From: Veleropilina oligotropha
Taxonomy: Eukaryota
Assembly (NCBI GenBank): GCA_048128005.1
Contig: JBEUKZ010000099.1
Span: 124,001-188,000, forward strand
Length of the DNA stretch: 64,000 nt
Direction: 5' to 3'
Position numbers and translations under genes: made by a program. The notes beneath the pieces are model-generated. The model did no database searches and was not told the origin of the DNA. It saw nothing but the letters and a program-made list of their open reading frames with translations. Positions within the stretch are counted from its first letter, which is position 1; each line of letters opens with the position of its first letter. This document shows, in pieces, positions 11,621 to 25,934 of this stretch.

Positions 11621-12061
11621 AGGTAACATTGCCCGTAAATGCACTCTTTCGCACGAGTTGTCCTGACACCATCTATCGCCCGGTTAGCGCAGATTGATAC
11701 AAATTTCGCCAAGATATGATGATCGATATATGATCAAATGATAGACTTTTATTGAAATTATTATTGTAACTGGGCAATATATGTTATTGTCAAGTAGAAA
11801 GCTATCTTACTTGATGAGCAGAAACCTACGCAACTGTGCTCCAACTAGGTCAATTGGAAATGCACTCGGTGCGAGGTAATTAAACGCAGACCGCTTTTTA
11901 TTATATTTAAATATTCAGTAGCGATTAATTTAAACGGTAGCAAATTACTGACGAAAGTTGAGTGTTGAAAATTCCTAACTTTTTATGCTATAATCAAAAA
12001 GTGTAATGCTGTTAGTTTTCTTTCTAGAAACGAAAGAGCGCATTTACGGGCAATAGTCTCT
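11621..12061. mobile_element. TIR MITE, Kolobok-like
   Basis: AGGTAACATTGCCCGTAAATGCACTCTTTCG versus CGAAAGAGCGCATTTACGGGCAATAGTCTCT, followed by TTAA. The left TTAA is not intact. Confidence 0.65.
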
Positions 12062-12482
12062 TTAAGGTAAACAGCAGTGGTAACCATTTATCGATGCATT
12101 GCGATTACGTGCCAAATACGATAATCGATACACAGAGCATGATATTGATACGGAAATGATATTATGCATTTCACTCAATTATTATGCTGACATCCTGAAA
12201 TTAAAATGCTTGAAGAAGTCTCAGAGTAGCATTTTTTATTCCATTTTGTCACAATTGAATTTTACAATGCCTGTTAGTTTTTCTGGAAATGACAAATGCG
12301 TCTACTTAGGCAAATTACGGATGTTCGCCAAGTGTGATGTTCGGAATAAATATGTAGTATTTGTTACATATCGTGACTCTTAGTCAATTTTGAAGAATCG
12401 TATCATAATATCGAATCGTATCGGTTAGTCTGTATCGCGATACCAGGCGTGGCCCGTTTTACGAGTGATTAACTTCATAGTG

Positions 12483-12766
12483 AGGCCGCTTCGACAGCCG
12501 TGTGAGTTCGATTGCACACTCCGAAAATCAATGACTTGATTCCGCTGACGCGAACACTAGTGGGTTCAAACCTCGACAGGGGCAACACACATTTGTTCAA
12601 GTTATGAATCACAGTTGTCCGTAACTGATCAGAGAGGGCGGGTTTCCCTGAGCGACCGGGGTTTCCCTGAGCGACCGGGCTTTTCTCCCGCGATAATACG
12701 GACATGTCCTGGTTTGAACCAAATGACATTAAGGACATTAAGCATCGATCCTTTCCTTTTCTTTCT
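12483..12766 (+). mobile_element. Diverged SINE, family A, plus strand
   Basis: GGCCGCTTCG start, GGTTCAAACC B box, shared ACACATTTGTTCAAGTTATGAATCACAGTTGTCCGT body, and a pyrimidine-rich tail. Confidence 0.8.
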
Positions 12767-13794
12767 GCAACACTAACTATATATATATATATACTAGGTA
12801 TCAACACAGAAAACTATGAATACCCTATAATGTGAAAACTCATATCCATTACCTTATAAACACTTTATATAAAACATGCCGCAGTTTCATAGTAAACTGG
12901 TGTAAAAGGATAAACTACAGCATATCGATCAAAATACACCTAACTATTGCACAATCAGTCAATGGGTGACATTAATTTCAATACATAATAGCACATTAAA
13001 GTTCAAAAATGATTGTTATATATTTGTGGAAACTGAGGCAACTTGCAAAAAATATTAATTTCAAACAGAAAGTTATAAATGGTAATAAATACTAAGTGTG
13101 TATTTATAGGAAACAGAATGAATTATTGCAACACCCAATATTAATACTCATTATACTTGGACTCTATTTACATGTATTAATACTTGGGTTACCATCATTA
13201 TTATGGTATATATGTACATTAGCTATCAGTATCAGCTGGATCAGTATTGAGAAATATGTTTGTTCATAACTTGCAAATTAGCACATTTATAGAACTACAT
13301 GTATCTATTATTATAGAATATTTTTAAACTTCACTACTGATCCAGCCATTAAAGTTAACATAAATAAGATACATGTCATTACAACATTATAATACATCAT
13401 TTTAAAAAACACTTCAATAATATTATATAATATAATATTTATAGAAGAATAAAATGTAGACTACGCAATTCATTAAATGCCAAATTTGAACTTCCTTGTA
13501 TTTCCTTGTCAATTGCCACAAAGCCGAGCTGATGTCGCGTGCCGTTCAACGCGTTGTCGGATTGATCATGCATATTAACCGTTCGAGTGCTCAGGTACAT
13601 TTATACAGTGTTTGTAATATGTTACTTAAATGATGTCCAATAAACTATGCAAGATGTGCAGAAAGCAGTTTTAGCACTGTGTGATAGCAATTAAGTTTGC
13701 TTCAATGCATGTCTCTCTGGCCATGTTCGTAATGCTATGCACGGTACGTCAAAGTCATGATTGTGTCTGTGAGCAAAGGTTAAAATAATGTTAA

Positions 13795-16400
13795 AAAATA
13801 GACAGCCGCCCGGCTACCAGGAACCCCAGCCTTATATAGCAATCAGACTGCCATATAAAATCTGTGATCTAGACCTTGCCAGTAGCCCTTGGCTAAACAC
13901 TATGCTAACTGTCCATCATGAAGAAGATTGGATGAAAAAATAATTTAAAAGAAAGAAAAAATTGCGAGTATATTTAGACCTCTGTGACCTTTACATTTGA
14001 TCAAAGGTCATTTTTCCCTCTGTTACATGATGTACTAACCCATACATGTGATCTCTCCCGTAATCGTGCGGGAGGTCCCGCATTTGGGTGCTCTCTCCCA
14101 ACCTACCGTAAAGTGCAAAATAACCCGCAATTTCTTAAAAACCATGCGATAATTTATTCTACGGTCGTAAAATGTTTCGTTTTCATTTCTGGCACACGTG
14201 CTTACTGACAACGTTGATTCTCGTCCCTTTGTTGATGATTTGGGCGTTTAGGTTACTAAAAGTCAATCGGAAATCGCTCGTTGTTTCTCCGCAAGCGCGA
14301 AGGTGTTTCGGTATCTGCCGGAAAGTCCCGAGTCTGATTATCGATAAAAATAGCACGTGTGAAATCCAGATTAGCTATGGCAAGTGCCAGAAACAGATTT
14401 GACAAAACACAAAGGGCCCTGTTCGAGATAGCAAGCCTTGAAGGTAATTACGACGACTTCCCTAGCGATTAATCAATGGTGTTTGTATTTAACCCGAAAT
14501 AAATAGACCGCCCTTGACATGTGTTGACAAATGGTGTTATCGGGACGTTAGTTTTATTTTCGAAACAATGGAGCTTGTATACGCAAATAGTTTTAATTAC
14601 ATGTAGGCCTACGTGACACTAATTTAATCATTTTAATAATACGTTTTAGTGACATGCAGGAAATATAAAGTTGTCATAAGTAGTAAAATCCTATTATTTA
14701 ACGAGCATACACGCTGGTATTAAGTATTATAAATATCGAAAAATGCAATGTAGATCACATTTTCACATTGGATGAGAGTAATGACCAAGGTGACAACAAA
14801 CTCCTGACGATACTTGTTCGCGTTTTAGACAGAGGTGCACAGGAGATTGTTACAAGGTTTCTTGCCATGCCAGTATGCAACATCGGCACAGGACAGAACA
14901 TTTTCAGTTGCCTTGAAGATGTGTTGAATAAACGTGAAATTCCCTGGGACAATCTGGTGGGAAGGACAATATTGTTCCATTGGCCTTGACCAAGCTAGCC
15001 AATAGGTTCAACTTGTCCTTGGATGAATTCCAACTGAGTGAGGAGGTAACAGACTACAAACTCACTCATTTGGTAGACCTGCCACAATTCATCCAAGGAG
15101 AAATGAGATTGGACACTTTTTGGCTAGCCATGGAGAAAGTTACAGTGCCACCAACCAACGAGAGAAGATTTGCAACATTGTCTAAATTAGCATTAACTGT
15201 TTTAACCATTCCACACAGCAATGCTGCACCAGAGAGGTCATTCAGCATATTAAGGAAAATAGAGCAGGACAGTAGAGGGAATCTCAGTAACAAGACAATC
15301 AACTCTTTGATGTCAACCAAGATGAACATTGATGAGGCGCGTTTTAACTTTACACCTGATAATAACCTTTTAAAGGCTGCTAAATCAGCTTGTTACAACC
15401 AGAAGTAAACTTGTGTAACATAGCATATAAATACAATTTGTAAATAAAATATGTACAGTATATGATATCTTCATATCTGCGTTGTTAATTATAACTATAA
15501 AATCTCCCAATATTTCATACATAAACCCAACATTTTTCACCAGATCTCCCAATATCCGATTTCAAAAAGATCACATGTATGCGTAACCCTACAGAAAGAG
15601 CTTGGCAAAAATTTTAAAAAAATGTTTACGAAAAATAAAAATATATAAATATGGAAATTTGTGAAGGTCAATGGCCAAATGACAAACATTTTATATTAGC
15701 GCCATGCACAGCTTTGGGTTATAGGCAACATATAAAAAAAAAACTAAAAGGCTACCATGCTGAGTCTCTGAGAACCAGCCCGAACAAAATTTCAGGGTCA
15801 AGGTTATTGTGGCAAGGTCAAAAATCATTCCCGTGAAATTTACCCACCATGATCTAGGGTATGATAAGGGTAGTCCATATGTCATCTATAGGTCTTACAA
15901 AGTATGCAAATTGCGAGTATATTTTGACCTCTGTGACCTTGACCTTTGACCAAAGGCCATTTTTCGTATTTGTTATATGATGTACTAACCCCTAAAGAAA
16001 TAGTTAGGCCCCAAAAAATTACGAAAAATAAAAAAAATTTAAATGTAAATATAGAAAATTTGTGAAGGTCACTACGCAGAGGTCAAAATTTTATCGCCAT
16101 GCACAGCTTTGTATTATAGACAACACACCTAAAAAAAAATTATAAGGCTAACATGTTTGGTCTCCGAGAACAGCCGGACAACATTTAAGGGTCAAAGGTC
16201 ATTGCCGCAAGGTCAAAGGTCATTCACATGAAATTTCGCCACCATGCACTAGCGTATGATAAAGGTAGTTAGCATATGGTATTACCATATGAAATCAAGG
16301 TAACATGTTTGGTAGCCGAGATATAGGCCGGACAACATGAACCGCCCGCCCGCCTCGGGCGATGACAATAACCCCAGACTTTTTTAGGCTGGGGTTAAAA
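13795..16400. mobile_element. Helentron/HINE-like non-autonomous element, interrupted by a hAT element
   Basis: Short hairpin AGCCGCCCGGCT plus AACCCCAGCC at the left. (CCGC)n then the hairpin AACCCCAGAC..GGCTGGGGTT and an A-run at the right. Internal GTGACCTT-rich repeats. Confidence 0.7.
14041..15581 (+). mobile_element. Internally deleted hAT transposon with transposase remnants
   Basis: 13-bp TIR CATACATGTGATC/GATCACATGTATG. Fragments LDESND (14768-14989) and the hAT dimerisation motif LTIPHSNAAPERSFS (14980-15408). TAACC is duplicated in the flanks. Confidence 0.92.
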
Positions 16401-16976
16401 AATAATGTCCAGACTGCTGTAGCCTACAGTGGATTATACCCTCAGATAACAATACCATTAATCCACACTCTGTATGCACAGTTAAATGCAACATTAATTC
16501 GTCGTCAAGTCATGTAAGTAATATCCTTGTTTTCACAGAACAATATAAGACTGACAACCCTCATCTCTAAGGTACCAAACCTTATACTTACAATGTTTAA
16601 CTACTAAATAATTACACTTAATGATGAAAAAACCGATAATGGATACATACTACGTATATGAATGCACAAAAGATTATATTTATAAATAATATAATTATAC
16701 GTATGCTTATATGTTGATGTAAAATATGTATGTTGATGTAAAAATGCGTATCTCAAAGGCAAAAATGCAAAAGCAACTATTTTATCCACAACATAATAAA
16801 TGCCACTAACGGCTGCTATCTATCTGCACACAGGTATGGCAAAAGCTAATCCTTACTGTTCTATAACACATAAATGCACAGTGTGAAGTTAATGCCGATT
16901 TTTAAATCTCTGCCATTTGTCCAATGTGACTTTGATCATCTTTTACATGGTCCCTAATAACCACATATCAAGTAAG

Positions 16977-17771
16977 CTAGTTTTTCTTCGTCGGTTGCGT
17001 GGCCAGACTACACCGACCCCGGTGTGTTTTCATCGCCGACCGCCATTTAAACACTTGCCCGCATTGGCAGGAGTAGGTTCGCGACTCGTGTTTACCCTTC
17101 CTGTGCTCCACCATAATTGCCCTTGACGAAAAGAATGCACCGCATATGTCGCAGATGAATTGCTTGTGTCCCATTAAATCCTCGTAATCGTGTGCCGTCA
17201 GTTTATTGATATCATCGTTAGAATATTGTATTTCATAGTTTAACTGTACGTTTTTAACAGGTTTGGTCGTGGTCTTGGGGATAGCATTCTGCGGACACAG
17301 CGCTTCGATGTTCGTCGCCACGGATATTGGGGGATGAACTTCGGCCACGTGTTCGCTCCGCGCATCCTTGGTTTCGAAACATTCTCCACATATTGCGCAG
17401 ACGATTGTATTATCGATGACGCAAACGTGCATGCTCAATTTAGACTGCGTGTTGAAGACCTCGCCACAGAGTGGGCATCTGTAGGAATGACCGTAGTGCT
17501 TCTTCCTGATCACATGCCTCGTGTACGACATTCGGTTGGTGGTAGAAAAAGTGCACTCTGGACATTTGATGGACCGCGATAATTCAGTCATAGAATATTT
17601 GTTATTCTTGGCACGACTCCCCGACAGATTCATCACGCCTTGTGTCGGATCTGTTCCCGGGTGGTCCGATGACCGGGAAATGTTGTGGTCCGACGGCCCA
17701 GTAATGTCACAGTAGCGTGGGTGGTCCGGTGGCCCAGTAATGTCAGAGGAGCCGGTAGCGTCCGCGAGCTC
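16977..17771 (-). CDS. Zinc-finger terminal exon E (about five fingers, the last CxC...H...C)
   Basis: Acceptor ctatcaaaatctttgcag|GAG, phase 0; 795 bp open. Fingers begin CPEC, CPLC, CAIC, CDIC and CQCGQVFKWRSAMKTHRGRC. Confidence 0.9.
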   Translation of the reverse strand, partial: ELADATGSSDITGPPDHPRYCDITGPSDHNISRSSDHPGTDPTQGVMNLSGSRAKNNKYSMTELSRSIKCPECTFSTTNRMSYTRHVIRKKHYGHSYRCPLCGEVFNTQSKLSMHVCVIDNTIVCAICGECFETKDARSEHVAEVHPPISVATNIEALCPQNAIPKTTTKPVKNVQLNYEIQYSNDDINKLTAHDYEDLMGHKQFICDICGAFFSSRAIMVEHRKGKHESRTYSCQCGQVFKWRSAMKTHRGRCSLATQPTKKN

Positions 17772-18118
17772 CTGCAAAGATTTTGATAGAGATATAGAGC
17801 CTCGCAGCAGATCCTCTCTTCCTTAATTGAAGATGCTATCAAATTATCAAATATGCTTTGCCTAAGGGTTCAAATTGCTGCCGTGAGCAATGAACAAAAC
17901 TAAAACACTGACTTCATCACGAATTTCATTACTTTATTCATGCATATGTATGTATACATCAAATGTCATTACAAATGTTAATAACAACGTTATAATTTTA
18001 ACACTTCTCATGCGACTATCTCGCAACATGCGCCTAAAAATCAGTCTAACATCCATATTAATAAGTATATATATCTACACATAGAGTTCTAGCTGTCATG
18101 ACAGACATGTACTGTACA

Positions 18119-18323
18119 GGTGATGAATTGATGTTTAACGACCACGCCAACAGTATTTCAGCTATAAATCGGGTCAATCAACTTTGAATGATGAAATTAA
18201 GTGGTGCTGTGTGCAATGAAGGCAGTGGTCATTGGAAAAATCCCCGACACACCCGGGGCTTGAACCCGTGACCTCCCGTTTAGTAGACCAGCACCGTAGC
18301 CACTCGGCCACGCTGCCCCCCAG
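18119..18323 (-). mobile_element. tRNA-derived SINE, family B
   Basis: Minus strand GGGGCAGCGTGGCCGAGTGG (A box) ... GGTTCAAGCCC (B box); 10-bp TSD GTACTGTACA. Confidence 0.88.
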
Positions 18324-18540
18324 GTACTGTACATAAATTCAGAATCCGTACACTTATCCAAAACACTACCATTGCACTCACGCAAGCTGGGAGGGTGTAC
18401 ATATGACATCATCAAAGTAGGCTTAGTGGACTTGTTAGAAATAGACGCATCTAACAAGTTGGGTGTTACAAAAGGTTCAGAGAAATAGTTGGTAAAATAT
18501 CGATTTTTGTATGATAAAAATTAGTCATGAATGTTTTAAT

Positions 18541-19275
18541 AACAAGAGCTGTCAGAAGGACAGCATGCTCGACTATCAAAAGCTAGATCGATGAACTTTC
18601 AAGGCTGTAGTGTGAACAGTTTGTGAGAAAAGGCCCTTCATGCAAAACATTAACCTGAATTATCTAAGTCGAAAAATGGAAATAATTTGGTAAAAATGAA
18701 GCTAGAGTTATGGCCCTTGTATTGCAAGTTCGTATAATGATGTGACAAGCGTATGAAGTTTCAAGGCTGTAGTGTGAACACTTTGTGAGAAAAGGCCCTT
18801 CATGCAAAATGTTAACCTGAAGTTGACTTTGTGAGAAAAGGCCCTTCATGCAAAACATTAACCTGAATTGTCTAAGTCGAAAAAGGGGAATAATTTGGTA
18901 AAACAACGAAGCCAGAGTTATTACGCCTAATATGTAAGGTCGCATAATGACATTGAACAAGTGTATGAAGTTTGAAAGTTGTAGTGTGAAAAAATTGTGA
19001 GAAAAGACCCTTCATGCAAAACATTAACCTGACTTGTCTAAGTCGAAAAAGGGCAATAATTTGGTAAAACAACGAAGCCAGAGTTATTACGCCTAATATG
19101 TAAGGTCGCATAATGACATTGAACAAGTGTATGAAGTTTGAAAGTTGTAGTTTGAAAAATTTGTGAGAAAAGACCCTTCATGCAAAATGTTAACCTGAAG
19201 TTTGACGCCAATGCCGACGCCGACGACAGGGTGACTGCAATAGCTCGTACTATTTTAGATTAGTCGAGCTAAAAA
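18541..19275. mobile_element. Helentron/HINE (pearl-like) element with 166-bp internal repeats
   Basis: GCTGTC..GACAGC hairpin plus GCTCGACTA at the left. (GACGCC)n and the hairpin TAGCTCG..TAGTCGAGCTAAAAA at the right. TCTAAGTCGAAAAA recurs at 18871 and 19037. Confidence 0.8.
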
Positions 19276-19992
19276 TTGTTAGTGATTGAAGAATTTGCTT
19301 GACACAAACTTCCAGCTTTTAATCAAATAGATAGATAATATTGACCATTATCGATATAAATTATAATAATTATCGATATAATACCCATTATCGATATAAT
19401 ACCCATTGCCAAGAATGTATAAATAATATATGAAGAAAAACAAAAACTTCACCATTTGCAAAGCACAGATCAGCAACGACTGATTGCAATGTTATTGTAT
19501 ATTTTTATTTGGGATAATGCTACGACTTGTGCATCGATATCTAACTATCAGAGAGAATAACCTTGAAATCAACATTCCAAATGCATCTTGCATCTACATG
19601 TAAGCATTATATACGTTACACGAAGTATGTAAGGTGTTAACGTCATTACATATTACGTAAAATTGACAGTATAGAAACTATCAACAGACATGACAGGTAG
19701 CAATGGCACCCATGGTATCACATGTATTACAATGATATGAATATGGTGTTGACTCTGTGTTTATCAAATTGCACGCCTGTCAATAAGCTTGATATAATAA
19801 CATATATATATCGATGATTGTGTGCAATATTTTCCTAACAAATGACCATACAACGTTGATCTCCACAAACAGCCGACATTTGCTTAATGCCATGATGCTC
19901 TGTTGTCAGCCATAATCAAAGTCGACAGAGATCAAATAATTAATGAGCACCTGTTGGAAAAAATGATCTTTGTGATTGAAGAATATGAAAAC

Positions 19993-20425
19993 ATCTGTGT
20001 ACCAGCTCTGATATTCATTGTTGGGAGACATGATCTGTGTACCAGCTCTTATATTCATTGTTGGGACATGATCTGTGTACCAGCTCTTATATTCATTGTT
20101 GGGACATGATCCGTGTACCAGCTCTTATATTCATTGTTGGGACATGATCTGTGTACCAGCTCTTATATTCATTGTTGGGACATGATCCGTGTACCAGCTC
20201 TTATATTCATTGTTGGGAGACATGATCCGTGTACCAGCTCTTATATTCATTGTTGGGAGACATGATCCGTGTACCAGCTCTTATATATTCATTGTTGGGA
20301 GACATGATCTGTGTACCAGCTCTTATATTCATTGTTGGGAGACATGATCCGTGTACCAGCTCTTATATTCATTGTTGGGAGACATGATCTGTGTACCAGC
20401 TCTGATATTCATTTTTGGGAGACAT
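19993..20425. repeat. Minisatellite, 38-40 bp unit
   Basis: CATGATCTGTGTACCAGCTCTTATATTCATTGTTGGGA(GA) repeated about 11 times. Confidence 0.95.
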
Positions 20426-21325
20426 GCATTTCAACACAAATCGACAATTATTCACGATGACACATGCATGTGTCAAACCAATTACGTGTCAGAACATATT
20501 GTAGCCCTGCATAATAAGAATCGACAAATTTACATATTTAATTTATTTCGAAACAATACATGTGAAGCAAGGCTTAATTCAAATTGATAAGCCAATTATA
20601 CTGCAAAGGAAGGAAATGTGAAAGAAGTAGTTTTTTGTGTAAACAATGACTTTCAAGTTTGCATTTTCATCTTGTGTAACTTTTGCTTAAATACTAAGCC
20701 ATTCAATTATTGATGAAAAATGGCACAAAATTAGAGTTAAATCCCAAAGGAGAATTTTGTACGTTCCCCAATAGGTGGATGCGAGTACCCAAATTACATG
20801 AAGTGGATTTACATCGATAAATAGGAAACTCTGCCATAGACTGACACTGCCATAGACCGACACTGCCATAGACACACTGCCAATGAGGGAATAATGCTAC
20901 CACTTACATTCTATAATTCTATAATAATCATGAATTTGCCACTACTTGCAGCACACGTCTCTGATTCCATCCATCTTATTTGCCAGCATTAAATAGCTCA
21001 TATTTCAACAATTTGTTGAAATCTATCGCATATGAAACAGAAATTACTACCTAATACGAAAGTGCTGCCAATCGCAATACCTGTATGATCGATTGACGGA
21101 AATTCATATATACCTCAAGGCTTTGAAATACACTTTTCATTCCATTTGCCAACAATTACTTGAACGTCAAGCAAAGTTATATGTTTACATTAGTGTCCAA
21201 ATGTCACAATTTACGATGCAATTTCTAAAGGTAAGTTGCTCATAAGACGCATGTCAAAGTCTTTGCACTGGTGAATTCTGGCTCGCGCCTGTCGTGGAGT
21301 GTACAATTCGCTGCTCCAAATGCGC

Positions 21326-21408
21326 ACGTGCCGATTGCACTGGATATGTCGATTGCACTGGATATGCCAATTGCACTGGATATGCCGATTGCGCTGGGTA
21401 TGTCGATT
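21326..21408. repeat. Short 18-bp tandem repeat
   Basis: GATTGCACTGGATATGCC-like unit, 4-5 copies. Confidence 0.85.
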
Positions 21409-21962
21409 GGGTTATAATTTTCGGCTGTGAACTTTGTGGATTACCACATACCGAGCTCCATAACTAGCCTGTATCGATGTTTTTTCTCAGTTGACCAACC
21501 AGGCTTTGCACATGTGCGTCAACATAGACTACAAGACATGGTACGTAATGAGCCCTTAGGGAGTTTTACAGGGCATTAACCATGGTCCCAAACCAACAAG
21601 GTGCTTTCTGATGTTTGAGTACTTCATTTGATATGTTGTGCTTGGGCGGATTTTGATTGTGTCCATTCGACATAATATACTTTTATTACTTTATTTTCAG
21701 TGAACTAAATTAATGTTAGCTAGCATTATTAATGGTACCATAATTTATTAGGAATGTTATGCAAACTTTTCACAGAACGCTTCAGTTAGGTTTATGCCAT
21801 TAATATTTCTTAGTTTAGACTGTCCCGCTGACATCAAGTAATTTAAATGGTTTGTTTCCTCTATTTAAGCCTTCAAAAAATGTGAAAATATTTTTCCGGC
21901 CAAAATAATTCTCTAATACCGTCCACGTTTTCTTTTATTTAAGTTGCATTGCCCCGTATATA

Positions 21963-23013
21963 TAGGGCTGTCATGTTTACACGTGTACACGGTATCGTCT
22001 CGTGTAAATTCGATAAACATTTACAAACTTCGGCTACCGTTTACACGAAGGGTCACATGTTATGACGTAACTAATTTAAATAGTTCAAAGTTGATGACAA
22101 ATCAGACATTGGAAGTGTTTTATAGTACTGAAGAAATGACCTACTGACGATAAGTAGATGTATTGATAATGTAGATGTAAATGTAGCCTTTACTAAGATC
22201 ACGCTATAGCGGTAATGTTCACTGGGGACAGTAAATACGTGCGTCAAATCAATCCGAATATTTACGTGCGTCGTTGACGATAATAGCTTTACAGTGAATT
22301 AAGACTACAGTCCGTCTCAGATGCATGAAAGCAGTTAAAAAATACTCAAATTGCTGCAAAATCTTTATTTTAACGTCACTTTTAGGTGTCCAAATACCTG
22401 TAAGTGTTGCCTTCGATCTGTACCTAAAATTAAATTGCGTCCATTTTGAATTAGCTACCACTGCGTGACCTATTTGCGTAAATCTCAGTAACCTCCTTAT
22501 ATTTTCTTTCCGTTAATTATTTTAAAACTGATTTTGCTTTAAAAGAATATTGTAACTTATTAAAAACAATATAATTTTCATTTGTATATTTACGTGTTTA
22601 TTTCCAAACAAGTCGAAGCCAATTAATTATGCAGTCGTGCGAAAATCCGTAACACGGCTCGTGATTGGTTGGCTGGGGGAATCCCAGCCGTAACAAATAT
22701 TTTGATTGGTTATTTCCCAGTGCAGCATTGCAGAGCTTTGTTTACACATTTCATAGTGTTCATTATATGACGGCTATCGGAAGCGTGATTGCGGTGAGCG
22801 AGTTTGTTTGAAAAATTACATTTTGCGAGTAAAAGCTCTTCTGGTACATAATGAATATAAAAGTTAAATGATTAAATTAAACTCATTGACAACGAGAAGT
22901 TCAGAGGATGTAGTCTAGTAGCTAGACCTTGAACACACAATACGTCACGGAATCGTTTAGTGTTCATGGTGCCGTTTAAACATTTATAAAAATTTGTAAA
23001 CGTGACAGCCCTA
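21963..23013. mobile_element. hAT-type MITE with TAGGG ends
   Basis: TIR TAGGGCTGTCATGTTTACA / TGTAAACGTGACAGCCCTA; CCCGTA is present in both flanks. Confidence 0.85.
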
Positions 23014-25934
23014 CCCGTAAGTAGCGAAAAATGCTTTTAATTTTAAATTCTAAACCGCAAATAAAAGCAAAAAAATAATTAAACCGGTTTTATTATGAGT
23101 GACGGACATATAGCCGAAAGAAATTTCGTCACGTCGGGCACTGCCGAAATTAACTTGGGAATTGGGGAAAGTTGATCTGCAACAATATTACTGATTTACT
23201 ATTTTACATAATGTCACATCGCATGTAACTTTGAAAAATAAGTTTTTCATATTTGACGAAGCGTCTGCATGTTCCAATGAAAAAGTCTGCCAAACAAATT
23301 GGTTCGACACTCTATTTGGACTAGTCGATGGGATTTCCACCAAAATGGCCGCCATTGCATGTAATATTCCAACATTTCACAGCGATTTATGTAAATAAGG
23401 CAATGTGTGACCATTAAGGTCAATACAACTTGAAGATATTGATATATATACAACAAATTAAATTAAAAGTATCAAAATGGCTCATATTTCAGTCAGTATT
23501 TTTAATTAGAAAATAGATTGCAATACGATAGTATAGCAACCAACAAAATACTGAATTTCACTGACATATACACAGGTAATGAGATTGCTTTCGTAACCTT
23601 TCCATAAAATTTCCTGGATAATACAGACTCAGAGCTTAATAATCCACTAATCATATCTGTAAATTTATATATATCATATACATCAAATACGGACTTTTGT
23701 GCTGCGTAGTAATTTCTGTTTCATGTCTCAATCATAAAGCATTAACTCCACTACATAATGCACTAGCATCAATAGATTATGCACAGATTAATAAAGTAAT
23801 CAACGAATGCAGAGGTGCCATTCAATTTGAAAAGCACCGCATGAAGTCATATCCCATCTCGAAGTGTATATACATTTGATATACAATTCTAACCTGATCA
23901 TTTTAATGTGGATAACTAATTTACAAGTTTGTTAAGTCGGTTTATTTTGTAATTTCAACTGATCGGCGATTCAACAGGATATGACTCCATTTTAGCAACT
24001 GTTGATAATAGATGAGTGTACAGGTGTAATACTAAATATCGTCGGAAATAGTAATAGCATACAAAGGGTCTTACATTTAAAACAATAAAACAAAATAAAA
24101 TAAAAGAATCTCAAAATGCAGACTGACCTGGGGTATATTATATAATTTCTATATTGTAGCACACGTGCATACGTGATATTGAAATAAGTACAACTTCATT
24201 GACTTATACATTTACATGAACCCCATGCATTTCAACTATTTTTAGCGTTTTTTTATTTTTGTTGATTGTCACTTAACCCTTTAGCATTTACATTACCAAT
24301 CGGCTTAAATAGGGGTGCGTCGATTTACCCCAATCGAACCCCAATCGACCTCAAGTATGCAGCAACGTACCTATATGGCGTAGTCTATAAGCCCGGCACA
24401 TCGTACGTTACGTCATTACTTTCTGTGTTGCTATATTTAGACTGTTGTGTAGAAAACTACTAAAATCTCCATGTCTTATATATTTGCCCATGACGCGGCT
24501 TCAAGCCCTGATCGGGCATTCATTTGTATTACTATAATTTAGGCATATAATATTTATCAATAATGATGTCGTTTTGTGCCTGGTGAACACGTCATTGATC
24601 ATACTTTGTGCTCGTCGGCGTACGCCATATAAGGCTCGGTTTCGAGATCAAAGGTTCACTTTCTGATTCCTCATACTTTGTGCCGCTTTGTGCTGGTCGG
24701 CATACTTAAATAGACTTAAATAGAATTTGTTTGGGTTTAGAAAGTGCATTTCTGAAACTCATATAAAAACCCATTTTGGTAGCTCGGTCATCTATAGCCT
24801 TCCCTGTCTCTTAAAGTGCTCATCCAAACGAGTTTTAAATTGATTTACTGATGTGGACTCCACCACCTTGACAGGAAGGGCATTCCACTCATCTACAACT
24901 CGGTTTGAGAAAAAGTATTTTCTAACATCTAGCCTGACCCTCTTTTTGTAAATCTTGAACTTATTCCCCCTTGTTTTATTATGGTTCAACTGGAAAAAAT
25001 AACTAATATCAAGATTGTCTTTTCCTGTAAACATTTTAAATACTTGAATCATGTCACCTCTTATCCTACGCAACGTTAATGTTGTAAGATCAAGGCTTCT
25101 GAGCCTATCCTCATATGTCAACTCTCTGATTTCACCTACCAATTTTGTGGCTCTCCTTTGTACTTGTTCCAATAGTTGGATATCCTTTGAGAGGTATGGA
25201 TTCCATGCTTGCACCACATATTCTAAATGTGGTCTAACCAGTTGCTTGTATAAACGTGTTATGATGCCTTTTGACTTAAAAGTAAAATTACGCTTTATCA
25301 TTCCTAATATTTGGTTTCCCTTTTTAGCTGCTTCGATACATTGATTTGATGGTTTCAGTGAATTATCAATCCATACACCCAAATCTTTCTCTTTTGTCAC
25401 TACTTCTAGGTCATCTCCTCCCATTTTATAACAATATTTTTTGTTTTTGTGACCCACATGCATTACCTTACATTTGGTTGTATTGAAAAGCATTTGCCAG
25501 TCATCGGACCACTTAACCAGATTATTTAGATCGGTCTGAAGTTTCCTTGCATCTTGTTCAGTTTCTATTATTCTGTAAAGTTTAGTGTCGTCAGCAAACT
25601 TTTTCACTAGAGATGTAATAGCGCCATCAATGTCATTCAAGTAGATTAGAAATAGCAATGGACCCAAGACCGAGCCTTGAGGGACTCCACTTAATACACT
25701 CTCCCATTTTGACTTAACCCCATTTACAACAACTCTCTGTTTTCTATTCTGTAACCACATTTCTATCCACGTCAATATTGGTCCTTTAATACCATGATTA
25801 CTCAATTTTTGTATTAGTCGTTTATGTGGAACCTTATCAAATGCTTTTTGAAAATCAAGATATATAATATCAACCGGCTTGCCATGATCTATTGCATTTG
25901 TAACATCCTCTAAGAATTCAAGAAGATTTGTTAA

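Noticed and set aside
18245..18320. tRNA gene
   Set aside because: It has A and B boxes but continues into a SINE body and tail and is flanked by a 10-bp TSD. The other tRNA-like heads are likewise parts of SINEs.
21240..21470. Possible extra minus-strand terminal exon containing the 18-bp repeat
   Set aside because: The open frames are short, the candidate acceptor is purine-rich and no finger or other domain is present.
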